This document shows positions 21,501-29,960 of a DNA stretch of 64,000 nt, in pieces. The DNA is from Euryarchaeota archaeon UBA86. Lineage in GTDB: Archaea > Thermoplasmatota > Poseidoniia > Poseidoniales > Thalassarchaeaceae. The notes beneath the pieces are model-generated. The model was not told the origin of the DNA, ran no database searches, and saw only the letters and a program-made list of their open reading frames with translations. Location: positions 15,297 to 79,296 of the forward strand of contig DAQX01000023.1 in the NCBI GenBank assembly GCA_002503055.1, read 5' to 3'. A program made the position numbers and the translations under genes. Within the stretch, counting starts at the first letter, position 1; each line of letters opens with the position of its first letter.

Positions 21501-22459
21501 GTCTCGGCCAACTTGGCGATGTTAACATGCTTGCCATAGAGCAATATGACATCACCGCTGAGAGAATAGCCGCTTTGGCCGAGGATGCAACCTTGCTTCG
21601 ATCAAGACGAGACCAACTGATTTCACTATCTGACCAGTTAGAGTCTGAGAGGAAAACACGGCTCATGGCGGTGTTCAATCACGTCGACAAAAATTTCTCC
21701 AAAGTATACGAGATTCTGCAGCCAGGAGGTAGTGGAAGTCTCAGGATGGAGAATCCGAAGAACCCATTTGAGGGAGGTATGGAGATGGATTGTGTTCCTC
21801 CGGGCAAGAGTAAGAATACCCGTAGGAGCATGCTCTCTGGGGGCGAGAAGTCGATGGCGGCATTGGCTCTCATCTTTGCACTACAGGACTACGAACCCAG
21901 TCCATTCTACTATCTTGACGAGGTTGACCAGAATCTCGATCCATTCAATGCTGAGAGAATTGCCACACTTTGCAGGATGCGTAGCCAAAGGGCACAATTC
22001 CTCATGGTTACTCTACGCAAGGTAACTCTCACTCTAGCTGACCATCATGTTGGAGTAACACATGCCGGCGACGGTAGAAGCCGACTGATTACTGACTTTG
22101 ACAGAGCAACTGCTCTGGAGATGGGAGAACAGTTCGAGGCCGAGCGCAAGGCACAGGAAGAATCGGCAGCTGACAAGGAGTCGATGACCGATCTCCCAGA
22201 CCCTGAGAACATGCCTAGGGCGCCCGAGCCTTTGGGTAGCCCCAAGAGCCTAGGCGGTCTAGCAGATAGAGCAGGAGTCGAAATCGAAGGCGATGATGAA
22301 GTCGCTGATACAGATGAAGAAGTAGACACGATGGACTCTCTAAGAGAGAGAACAGATGAATGGACAGAGGACATGGATGAGAGAGAGTCCGTTCTAGTGA
22401 ATGAAACCGAGGACGATGAAGAAGAAGTCGAGCAGATGCAAAAGGAGGTCGAATCATGA
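18545..22459 (+). CDS. smc: Chromosome segregation protein SMC
   Basis: FKSF, GPNGSGKSN, hinge GRATFLPL, LSGGEKS and LDEVD, with long coiled coils. Confidence 0.97.
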   Translation: MHLIRMELENFKSFGGEVTIPLEEGFTAITGPNGSGKSNTLDALEFVLGPKSTKSLRAENVTQLIFNGGERGRPAKHMSATLIFNNEPDETGRRRLRIESDEVSFTRSVKLGRKGAPISAFRIGDKPSTATEMRRVLAEAGLRAGGYNIVKQGDVTNLATMTAYKRRKIIEDVAGVTAYDDEIRKSNTQRKHVENSIETIGILEDDQKNRLKSLSKEREQALKFKELQDDLDSSRMVLHQSRHRNRSEDVELLGEERTRYTGEIDEIGNQVTVGNKSLLALDEEMVRVESEINEIMSGDAKQILDTIRQYEIEMETGGDRIADQEEAIEAANSEAEEFGKELEGAQQAKSEAETALEAAQQKLIDSNTAIEEASNDEAEARQAIESGDKHGRDLKRALGLVSDKVDEAQSVYAEKRLAADRAEQSEQLASSKLADLEEMFEEATMVRDDLELVGEDLQGENPQEDRTSLAEELRRLQKQESNLAEDRDRAENRVRESERKLSRARARQEERTKAPGSAITLAALAKLRQSGEIKGILGSLGELTAPKDSAHEEALAVALGGGLRSIVVNDDDVAAKCIAWLRQNGGGRATFLPLNKLSINRPGGRSLIVANNPGVVGFAHDLLEYDPEIDTAVRYASRNTLVVDSMEVARRNMGGVRMVTLDGSLIESSGAMTGGSATKNTANAFGGGSVSSSLDRLEAAVDEANLIYSTVEAALRELRSNQQALRDRIHGLDDSDKALQARNWKSDINRAQKDVEDVRKKVQAAISDFKNHQKSNSEAKQAAVEAKQELDSVLDERSQAALALQDHAPDHLSKKLRDAERIMTEAERQRLVAESAISSSKERIGILAERVEEISKQIERKLSIVTQAESRILELKGSIREATEKLDDLRERASQFDEEQKALNERRDEIVDERASLRASLDNLSQRRETLSSRIEELNGQIQQKREALDEIVAELAAAGIKIPPADVELPTVAEAEKSVQGLERRLGQLGDVNMLAIEQYDITAERIAALAEDATLLRSRRDQLISLSDQLESERKTRLMAVFNHVDKNFSKVYEILQPGGSGSLRMENPKNPFEGGMEMDCVPPGKSKNTRRSMLSGGEKSMAALALIFALQDYEPSPFYYLDEVDQNLDPFNAERIATLCRMRSQRAQFLMVTLRKVTLTLADHHVGVTHAGDGRSRLITDFDRATALEMGEQFEAERKAQEESAADKESMTDLPDPENMPRAPEPLGSPKSLGGLADRAGVEIEGDDEVADTDEEVDTMDSLRERTDEWTEDMDERESVLVNETEDDEEEVEQMQKEVES

Positions 22460-23460
22460 CCGTCTTCGACGGCCATGTAATGAGGGACGAAATCGTCTCA
22501 AGTATGCTAGATGGTGAAGCAGACCTTGAGACTAGCAAATACCTAGACAGGTTAGTCGAACTCTCATTACTAGAGGAAGCTGAACACCAGTTCCTGATTG
22601 ATCCATTCGATAGATCGGTAGCCCTCGTCTTCCAGTTGTTTCAGTCATCTGACCTAGATCCATGGGATGTCGATTTGTCGACCTTCATTGAGATGTTCAA
22701 TCGAAGAATCGAAGATGCCGAAAATATCGACTTACCAACATGTGGCAGACTAGTTCGTATGGCCTGGTGTATTCTTCGTGGCCAAGCGGCTTCACTACTT
22801 GATAGACAAGAGAGGGCCTTTGAGGAAGAAGAGGAAGAGATTTGGGAGTTTGATGGAGGCTGGGAGGCAGACTTCGATGATGCAGACTACAACTTCTCTG
22901 TGGGGGTACTCTCTGGGGCGGCATCCGAGACCCTGCCTCAGATGTTCGAAGGTCGTATCCATCGAGACGAGAGCCGCCCCGTCACTCTTGGCGAATTACT
23001 AATGGGTTTACAGGACGCAGGAAGATTGGCCGCAGAGCAGAGGATGCGCGAAGAGATTGCCAAGGAGAGACGCGATGCCCATGAAAGGGCCAGAGAAAGA
23101 TTCAGCGGAAGTCTGCATATCGAGGATCTCGAGGGTGACCTAAAGAGGACTTGGGAATCACTCAAATTGCGTTCCGACGCCGGCGAACCTGTTTCTCTGA
23201 AACTACTCGTAGATGACCTGACTTCGAAGTCTATGGAAGAAGGAATTCCTTTGGAGGAAGCCGAAGCAGAGGCACAAGTAGCAGCATTAATCTCCGCTCT
23301 TTTCCTTACCAACAGAGGCTTCGTTGATCTCAAGCAGAATAGTGGCAGGAATGGGGATATCACGCTCAGAGACCTCTGGGACGAGGAAGATGACTTCACC
23401 ACTCTCTCCCTCAGACTTAATCCCAAGCCTAAGATTCAGGGGGTGTCCGAACTTGTCTAA
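22456..23460 (+). CDS. scpA: Segregation/condensation protein A (kleisin)
   Basis: DLDPWDVDL, RPVTLGELL and LFL C-terminal wH; ATGA-coupled to smc. Confidence 0.85.
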   Translation: MTVFDGHVMRDEIVSSMLDGEADLETSKYLDRLVELSLLEEAEHQFLIDPFDRSVALVFQLFQSSDLDPWDVDLSTFIEMFNRRIEDAENIDLPTCGRLVRMAWCILRGQAASLLDRQERAFEEEEEEIWEFDGGWEADFDDADYNFSVGVLSGAASETLPQMFEGRIHRDESRPVTLGELLMGLQDAGRLAAEQRMREEIAKERRDAHERARERFSGSLHIEDLEGDLKRTWESLKLRSDAGEPVSLKLLVDDLTSKSMEEGIPLEEAEAEAQVAALISALFLTNRGFVDLKQNSGRNGDITLRDLWDEEDDFTTLSLRLNPKPKIQGVSELV

Positions 23461-24070
23461 TCCAGAACTTTCGACTATCCTTGAAGCAATACTGTTCGGA
23501 GCAGGTAGATCAATGTCGGTGGAGGAATTATCTGAATTACTTGAGAAACCAGCATCAGAGGTTGAAGAATCTCTTCGGCAGTTACAATCTACAATCCGCA
23601 GACGTCGAGACTCTGCTTTGCAATTATCCGATGTAGCAGGTAGGTGGATTTTCGAAGTCAGGCCCGGACTTTCTCCACATCTACCCGAGTCATTCAGGGC
23701 AGATATCCCTCAGAGATTGCTTCCTGCAGCAGCCTTAGTGGCCTACCATCAGCCCATGGCACAATCACAACTGGTGGATATGCTCGGCCAGCGAGCCTAC
23801 GAGCATGTCAGAGATCTCGCTAAGATGGGCCTACTCGACCGCAGAAGAGACGGCCTAACTCGTAGGCTTACGACCACTCGCAGGTTCGCTGAATACTTCG
23901 GATGCCCGGAGATAGAGTACAGAAAGGTACGCTCATGGTTCAGACAAGAGGCAGAGAAGATGGGACTTACGAGTGCCCAATTGGCCGCCTCACTAGCTCC
24001 TGAAGAGCAGTTGTCAATCAATGAATTCTCAGATGAATCATCTGATGAGGGCACACTAGAGGTCGAGTAA
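23453..24070 (+). CDS. scpB: Segregation/condensation protein B
   Basis: ILEAILF, ALVAYHQP and TTRRFAEYFG. Probable TTG start at 23453 after GGGGTG. Confidence 0.9.
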   Translation: MSNPELSTILEAILFGAGRSMSVEELSELLEKPASEVEESLRQLQSTIRRRRDSALQLSDVAGRWIFEVRPGLSPHLPESFRADIPQRLLPAAALVAYHQPMAQSQLVDMLGQRAYEHVRDLAKMGLLDRRRDGLTRRLTTTRRFAEYFGCPEIEYRKVRSWFRQEAEKMGLTSAQLAASLAPEEQLSINEFSDESSDEGTLEVE

Positions 24071-25366
24071 TTACTCGGATCTGAGTTTTACCAACTCTTC
24101 TTCTACAGCCTTCTGAGTGATTCTTCCGCCTTGAGCGCGCAGTCTAGCAGCCACGGCATCTACCTCGCCACCCTCTGCTCCTGCGGTAACAGCCATATTT
24201 CTCACATGGAGCTTCATGTGTCCAGCTTGGATGCCAACTGTAGCAAGCGCCCTGAGTGCTCCCAAGTTCTGTACCAATCCAGCAGCCGCCATCACCTTAG
24301 CAAGTTCATCTGCTGTTGTTATTCCCATTAGGGCGACATTTGCTTGTGCCGCAGGATGTACGCGCACAGCGCCTCCAACTAGACCTACTGCCATTGGAAG
24401 CTCAATAGATCCTACCAGGTTGCCAGCACTATCACTTTCCCAGTGCGTGAGTGATCCGTATACTCTCTTATGTGAGGCAAAACTGTGAGCCCCAGACTCG
24501 ATAGCTCTCCAGTCTTGTCCACATGCAATTGCTATAGCAGAAATTGCATTCATGATTCCCTTATTGTGAGTCGTTGCACGGAATGGATCCGCCTTAGCGA
24601 AGTGGTATGCTTGAAGAATCCCCTCAATTACCTCAGCACCTTGGACAGCATCTCCCTTATCTGACATCTCTTCCGGAGTGAAAACAGCACTAACTCGAGC
24701 CAATCTGTGGACTGCCAAATTACTGATTATTCTTAGAATAACAGTTCCTCCAGTCATTCCTTCTATCTTGGGGGCGATGGTTTCAGCCATAGTATTGACA
24801 GCATTTGCACCCATTGCATCTCTACAATCAACTAAAATGTGGACAATCACCATAGAACCAGACTCAGTTTCAATGATTTTAGCCTCAATATCCCTACATC
24901 CACCACCAAATTTGACTAAAATTGGGTCAACTTCATTGCACGAATCAATCAAATCTTGCTTATTGTCGATAATTGACTCCATCGCAGATACAGGATTATC
25001 GCAATCAACGACTTGGATTTGGCCAATCATTACCGGGTCATCATTGTTTGAAACAAAACCTCCTTTCTGATGGCATCTCTTTGCCATGTTACTGGCAGCC
25101 GCAACCACACTAGGCTCTTCCAAAACGAAAGGCACCAGGTAGTGATCTCCATCGACTACGAAGTTGGTCGCCACTCCAATAGGAAGGGAGTATGTTCCAA
25201 CTACATTCTCTATCATTCTGTCTGCAGCCTCTTCAGACAACTCCCCACTAGCTGACCAAGCCCCAACCTGTTCAGGAGTTAGTCCTGCTAATTCTGCTAG
25301 CATCTCTCTGCGTTCCGAAACTGATAGTTTGTAGAATCCCTCTAGGCGACTGCTGTCTACTGGCAT
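24071..25366 (-). CDS. hmgA: HMG-CoA reductase, class II (bacterial type)
   Basis: ENVVG, EEPSVVAA, DAMGAN, THNKGIMN and GIQAGHMKLH. Confidence 0.94.
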   Translation of the reverse strand: MPVDSSRLEGFYKLSVSERREMLAELAGLTPEQVGAWSASGELSEEAADRMIENVVGTYSLPIGVATNFVVDGDHYLVPFVLEEPSVVAAASNMAKRCHQKGGFVSNNDDPVMIGQIQVVDCDNPVSAMESIIDNKQDLIDSCNEVDPILVKFGGGCRDIEAKIIETESGSMVIVHILVDCRDAMGANAVNTMAETIAPKIEGMTGGTVILRIISNLAVHRLARVSAVFTPEEMSDKGDAVQGAEVIEGILQAYHFAKADPFRATTHNKGIMNAISAIAIACGQDWRAIESGAHSFASHKRVYGSLTHWESDSAGNLVGSIELPMAVGLVGGAVRVHPAAQANVALMGITTADELAKVMAAAGLVQNLGALRALATVGIQAGHMKLHVRNMAVTAGAEGGEVDAVAARLRAQGGRITQKAVEEELVKLRSE

Positions 25367-25460
25367 AGTATCATTACGGCCCGGAGAATAGGGCTTCTAA
25401 CTGTTTGCAAACAGGGAACTTAGCGACGAAGTTGGCCCTACCTCCTACTCCGATTAGGCC

Positions 25461-25528
25461 AAATTAAGCGTTAATTTAACCATTAACGCATCATTAACGC
25501 ATCATTAAAGCGTTAATAAAGCGTTAAT
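25461..25528. repeat. Phased direct/inverted array of the octamer ATTAACGC / GCGTTAAT
   Basis: GCGTTAAT 25468-75; ATTAACGC 25482-89 and 25493-500; ATTAAAGC 25504-11; GCGTTAAT 25510-17 and 25521-28. Spacing within the direct runs is 11 bp. Confidence 0.85.
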
Positions 25529-25645
25529 CTGGGAGAAATCATTTCGCTGCACTGTAAGGATATGAATGAATCAAGACATCTCGGAATCCGTGAAAAACCC
25601 GTTAAATCGCCCTATGGAAAGCGTCAGAATGCGTGAACATTAAGA

Positions 25646-27463
25646 ATGATTGAAGCCGCTACTAGGCCAATGATTTCAGAGGCGGTCTCATTGCTTGATT
25701 TACCTCCTTTGAGGGGCAACCCCTTCGACCACCGCCCGATTGAACCTTCTAGGGCCCAGGACCTAGTCGGTCGAGATTCGTTGATGATTAGACTGCGCGA
25801 GTACATTATCTCAGAATCTCCCAGAAACATTCTGTTAGTAGGAGATTCGGGAAGCGGGAGGACATCAATGGTGAACGCACTTTCTTCCCAAGCCAGAAAC
25901 AAGTTCGTCAGTCAGTTCTGGCCCGAAACAGATCCAGTAAACTCGATTCTAAACGAACTTTCAGTACATTTCGCAGGTTATGAAATCCCTAGAACTACTT
26001 CTCGACTGTGTGAGTCATTAGTTGAGATGCTAGACAAAGAGACTGGGCCATTGCCCCTAATTGCTCTAGATTACCCTACTTCGACTCCTTTGAATGAGCT
26101 ATTGACCAGAATCACACCTCTATTACAGAGACTTAGGGCACTAGTCATAGTTACAGCAACATCTTCGCAATTAAAATCTCTTGATGAGGAGATTGTTGAA
26201 GCATATGATATCGAACAACTCAATGATTTCTCTAAGCAGGAAGTACAGAAACTAGCGGACAATCTAATCCGTAGAAAGGCCCGCGAGAGGTGGATAATCA
26301 ATCCTCAACTTATGGATGCACTGATGGAACGCACAGGAGGGCACCCTCGCGATGTTGTGAAACTGTGTAGAGACTTACTGGATGAGCGTAGAGGCAATGG
26401 CTCTGAGGGCACATTAGAGAGACTAATGTCTTGGAGTGGCAGGATAGATGATGTCCCAGAAGTGCCGTTCGAACCTGAAAATGAATCAGAAGAGCCAGTG
26501 GAAGGTTTGGAAACCACTGAGGTGGAGAATTTTGAGGAGGAAGACGAGAACCCTGCAGAAGATTCCGATGACTGGGACATTGAACCTGATGACATGTGGG
26601 AAGATGTTATCGAGCCCGAAGATGATCCTGTTTGGGATGAGACAATTCCCGAAATTGAGGACGATTGGTCCGAACAAGAGCCACCGGAACCATCCAATCC
26701 CCCCGAAGAAGGCCAAGGGACCTTAGATTCCTATGTCCCAATCGTAGATGCCACTGAAGAACAGTCGCGAACTCCAGTTACAGGGGCTTTTGGAGGATTG
26801 CTTAGCCGAACCGTGGTTACCGGGGATGAGATGCCAAAAGAGCCCGACGGAAAGCCAGTAACGGTTGCCAATTCTGAACCAAAGCCTTTCATCCCATCAA
26901 CAAACCGACCTGTAGTTCAAGATCCAGATCCAGCGTTCGAATCACAAGCCATTCCTGATACATCGATTACTCCTGCAGAGGAAGTCTCTGTGATGTCGGA
27001 TGAAGGGGCTCTTTGGACTGCTGACCCAAGCCTTGGAGTGGTGCCCGAGGTCCCCGAACAACCCGAACCAGAGAAAACCCTCTTTGATTTGGATCACACT
27101 CCTGAGTTAGTTGAACCCGAGCCCGAACCTGAGATTATCACTACGCCACCGCCATCTCCTCCCGCAATCCCTCAAATTCCTGTCCTACCTAGTGGGCCTA
27201 ATTGGGAGCCGGATGAGCCCTTTGATAAATCCAGATTTGCATATATTTCAGATAATGAGAGGACAATTCTTGAGGCGGCTGCTGGAAGAGAAGTTTCTCC
27301 TTCAGATGCCGAATTACAAGCCGTATTGGAAGTCGGTAGGACCAGACTTTCTCAGATATTCAACGGACTTCGCAGAGCGGGACTACTTTCCGTCAGAAAG
27401 CAAGGTAGAACCAGGCTGTTCAAGCTCAGCAATATTGCCTCTACCGAACTCGGAATGAATTAG
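25646..27463 (+). CDS. AAA+ ATPase-like domain, long acidic Pro-rich linker and C-terminal winged-helix DNA-binding domain
   Basis: NPF..LVGRD, Walker A GDSGSGRT, Walker B LIALDY and TGGHPRD; C-terminal ELQAVLEVGRTRLSQIFNGLRRAGLLSVRKQGRTRLFKL. Confidence 0.75.
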   Translation: MIEAATRPMISEAVSLLDLPPLRGNPFDHRPIEPSRAQDLVGRDSLMIRLREYIISESPRNILLVGDSGSGRTSMVNALSSQARNKFVSQFWPETDPVNSILNELSVHFAGYEIPRTTSRLCESLVEMLDKETGPLPLIALDYPTSTPLNELLTRITPLLQRLRALVIVTATSSQLKSLDEEIVEAYDIEQLNDFSKQEVQKLADNLIRRKARERWIINPQLMDALMERTGGHPRDVVKLCRDLLDERRGNGSEGTLERLMSWSGRIDDVPEVPFEPENESEEPVEGLETTEVENFEEEDENPAEDSDDWDIEPDDMWEDVIEPEDDPVWDETIPEIEDDWSEQEPPEPSNPPEEGQGTLDSYVPIVDATEEQSRTPVTGAFGGLLSRTVVTGDEMPKEPDGKPVTVANSEPKPFIPSTNRPVVQDPDPAFESQAIPDTSITPAEEVSVMSDEGALWTADPSLGVVPEVPEQPEPEKTLFDLDHTPELVEPEPEPEIITTPPPSPPAIPQIPVLPSGPNWEPDEPFDKSRFAYISDNERTILEAAAGREVSPSDAELQAVLEVGRTRLSQIFNGLRRAGLLSVRKQGRTRLFKLSNIASTELGMN

Positions 27464-27470
27464 GTGCCTC

Positions 27471-27761
27471 ATGTCGAATACTAATGTCACAATCGAACTC
27501 GTTGAGAAGTATCTTGCTCTGACCGAGGAAGCTAGATCTAAGGCAACTCCTATTGCAAACGGAGATTCCGAAGAAGAGAGACTTGTATCAATGCTCAGAA
27601 TGTGCGATGATTATGCATCAGACGCTAGGCACTTCATGCAGGAAGGAGACCTAGTACGAGCCTTCGGGGCAATCAATTACTCGCACGCGTGGCTAGACGC
27701 AGCTGTTAGAATCGGTTTACTGGATGGCCATGGTGACGATCGATTATTCACATTACCTTAG
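27471..27761 (+). CDS. DUF357-family protein
   Basis: YASDARHF..GDLVRAFGAINYSHAWLDAA. Confidence 0.85.
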   Translation: MSNTNVTIELVEKYLALTEEARSKATPIANGDSEEERLVSMLRMCDDYASDARHFMQEGDLVRAFGAINYSHAWLDAAVRIGLLDGHGDDRLFTLP

Positions 27762-28126
27762 GCCTCGACCAGCCTTAGATATCGTCCAGAGGCAACCTCG
27801 ATGTATGATCCACCTTCCTCAATCAACCTTCTCTTTAGTTCGGTATCAACTGTTAACACCGCCCATCCCCTTTCCGAGGACAGTCTTACAAGCATCTCAT
27901 CAGGATGCCTCACTCCTTCTAAGTCTTGAATAATTTCACAGCGTTTTCTTAGCAATTCTAGAAGCAGACCTTTCTGCTTTTCAGATACAGATTCGAGTTC
28001 TCTATCTACGCATTCAAGTAACTTCAAGTCTGCAACTCCGACTACTTCCTTCATACTCGCATCCAAGTTTAGCCGCGCCTCAATTAGTGCAACCCACCCA
28101 CAAGCGTCTACCAAGACGCCGACCAT
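27758..28126 (-). CDS. PIN-domain protein (Fcf1/Utp24-like)
   Basis: VLVDA, VDRELE, HPDEML and VLTVDTELKRR; usual position after eif2g. Confidence 0.8.
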   Translation of the reverse strand: MVGVLVDACGWVALIEARLNLDASMKEVVGVADLKLLECVDRELESVSEKQKGLLLELLRKRCEIIQDLEGVRHPDEMLVRLSSERGWAVLTVDTELKRRLIEEGGSYIEVASGRYLRLVEA

Positions 28127-28130
28127 TGAA

Positions 28131-29378
28131 TCACCCAGCGATTGAGCCGTGGCCGATTAATCGCCATCTAGAACCAACTCTTCTGGATAATGTGACCCGA
28201 CTCCCGGATTTTGCACATATTGGCAGACGTAGTTGAATGGTCGCAGAACCTCCTTTAGCGGAAGAAACAGTACCTACACTAGTTGCTGTAGCCGAATTAA
28301 TCATCAACATCTCATTGTTCTGTAGGGGCTTTATTGAACCAGCTTCACCCTCTCCAGATGAGACCATCTTCTCTAACAATTCCAACTTTAGGTTCAATTC
28401 TTCCCAAATCGGAGGTAATTCTCCTTCTCTTGCCATGACCTGGCCTGACAACTCGTCCGCCTTGGTAGACATCGGATCCATAGGGGTGGCAATTCCGCAC
28501 AGGCCCCCTGCGTGAACTAAATCTAGATCCAAACCTCCTCCTTTCAGACTCTCAATCTTGGTTGGGATTGGTTTCCATGTTGTCTGTCCTCCAGATTGGA
28601 CTCTTCTCCCAGGGGCAATCAGAATAGAATCTCCAACATTGAATGATCCCTCGACAATACTCCCGCCAATGATTCCTCCAGACAATCCATTGGGCCTAGT
28701 TCCTGGTCGATTAACATCGAATGAGCGTGCCACATACATCAGGCCAGATTCATCCGCAGTCCTATCCGGTGTCGGGATTACATCCTCGATTGCCTGAATC
28801 AGAACATCGAGGTTGACATCATGATGTGCCGAAACTGGAATAATCGGTGCAGATTCGGCAATCGTGCCCTCTAAGAAACTCTGGATTTCAGCATATGACT
28901 CCCGAGCCCTCTCTCTAGAAACAATGTCTATCTTGTTTTGAACTACTACTATGTTCTCTATACCAGCAATCTGTAGTGCTGCCAGATGTTCTCTCGTCTG
29001 TGGCTGGGGACACTTCTCAGTGGCTGAGATTAGGAGCATCGCTCCATCCATTATCGATGCTCCAGAAATCATGACTGCCATGAGCGTCTCGTGCCCGGGA
29101 GCATCGACAAAAGATACCACTCGGAGTAATTCATCATCCGAATCATCAGCTCCATCAGGATGTTTTCCTCTAACATAGTAATTATCTTGCGCAGTCTTGT
29201 AGAATGCTGTATCGGCATAACCCAGTTTGATGCTGATACCGCGCTTCCGCTCCTCGGAGTGAGTGTCGGTCCATACTCCAGATAGGGCTTGAGTCAAAGT
29301 CGTCTTACCGTGGTCTACGTGACCGACCATTCCGATGTTTACTTCTGGCTGCTTCGGAAGACTACCCAGATTAATCAC
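28131..29378 (-). CDS. eif2g: Translation initiation factor 2 subunit gamma
   Basis: GHVDHGKT, RGISIKLGYA, DAPGHE, NKID and WRLIG. Confidence 0.97.
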   Translation of the reverse strand: MINLGSLPKQPEVNIGMVGHVDHGKTTLTQALSGVWTDTHSEERKRGISIKLGYADTAFYKTAQDNYYVRGKHPDGADDSDDELLRVVSFVDAPGHETLMAVMISGASIMDGAMLLISATEKCPQPQTREHLAALQIAGIENIVVVQNKIDIVSRERARESYAEIQSFLEGTIAESAPIIPVSAHHDVNLDVLIQAIEDVIPTPDRTADESGLMYVARSFDVNRPGTRPNGLSGGIIGGSIVEGSFNVGDSILIAPGRRVQSGGQTTWKPIPTKIESLKGGGLDLDLVHAGGLCGIATPMDPMSTKADELSGQVMAREGELPPIWEELNLKLELLEKMVSSGEGEAGSIKPLQNNEMLMINSATATSVGTVSSAKGGSATIQLRLPICAKSGSRVTLSRRVGSRWRLIGHGSIAG

Positions 29379-29387
29379 CCCGCCGAA

Positions 29388-29885
29388 TCACTCCTCTTCT
29401 CCGGAGGACTTCTCGACGGCTTCTGGCTCCTCGACGAGGCCGAATATGGCGTCGAGAGAGCGGTTTCCAGATTCGACAATCTTGAGATTAATCTGGCGAG
29501 TATCCTGGCTGATTACATTGCCCCGGAGTCTACGCCTCTTCCTCAATCCATCGTACTTGTATCGGTAGACTCTACCCTTCTTCTTGACATACTTCTTCCC
29601 CTTGTAGCCAGTTCCTGCAGTAGTCAGGACCGATTTGATTGCACTTCCATCTAGTTCTGGCCTCATTGGCCTTCCAGTCAAATCAGATCCACCAGTAATC
29701 TCCAGTTTGTATCCATTGAGGGCTTTATCGCCTTCTCCAACGAACATTCCATCTACTGAATCTCCTATCTTCTTACCTAGGAAGTGGTTGTAGTTAGAGC
29801 CGGTGATGTCCATACTGAATGCCCTTCCTCCGGATGAAGGAACGGTGTCATTCACTACCGCTTTGAAGACCTGCTCTGCTGCCAC
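29388..29885 (-). CDS. rps6e: 30S ribosomal protein S6e
   Basis: LEITGGSD..GRPMR and GLRKRRRLRGN. Confidence 0.94.
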   Translation of the reverse strand: MAAEQVFKAVVNDTVPSSGGRAFSMDITGSNYNHFLGKKIGDSVDGMFVGEGDKALNGYKLEITGGSDLTGRPMRPELDGSAIKSVLTTAGTGYKGKKYVKKKGRVYRYKYDGLRKRRRLRGNVISQDTRQINLKIVESGNRSLDAIFGLVEEPEAVEKSSGEEE

Positions 29886-29938
29886 ACGACCACCTCTGAA
29901 CGGCCTCCCGACTAAAGGCCCCTATAAGAGCGGTTCGG

Positions 29939-29955
29939 AAGCGCCGTAGGCGCTT
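29939..29955 (-). terminator. Stem-loop after cdc6
   Basis: AAGCGCC-GTA-GGCGCTT, a perfect 7-bp stem 5 nt past the cdc6 stop. Confidence 0.4.
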
Positions 29956-29960
29956 GAAAA

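Noticed and set aside
25461..25528. CRISPR array
   Set aside because: Units are 8-11 bp with no unique spacers, and no cas genes are nearby.
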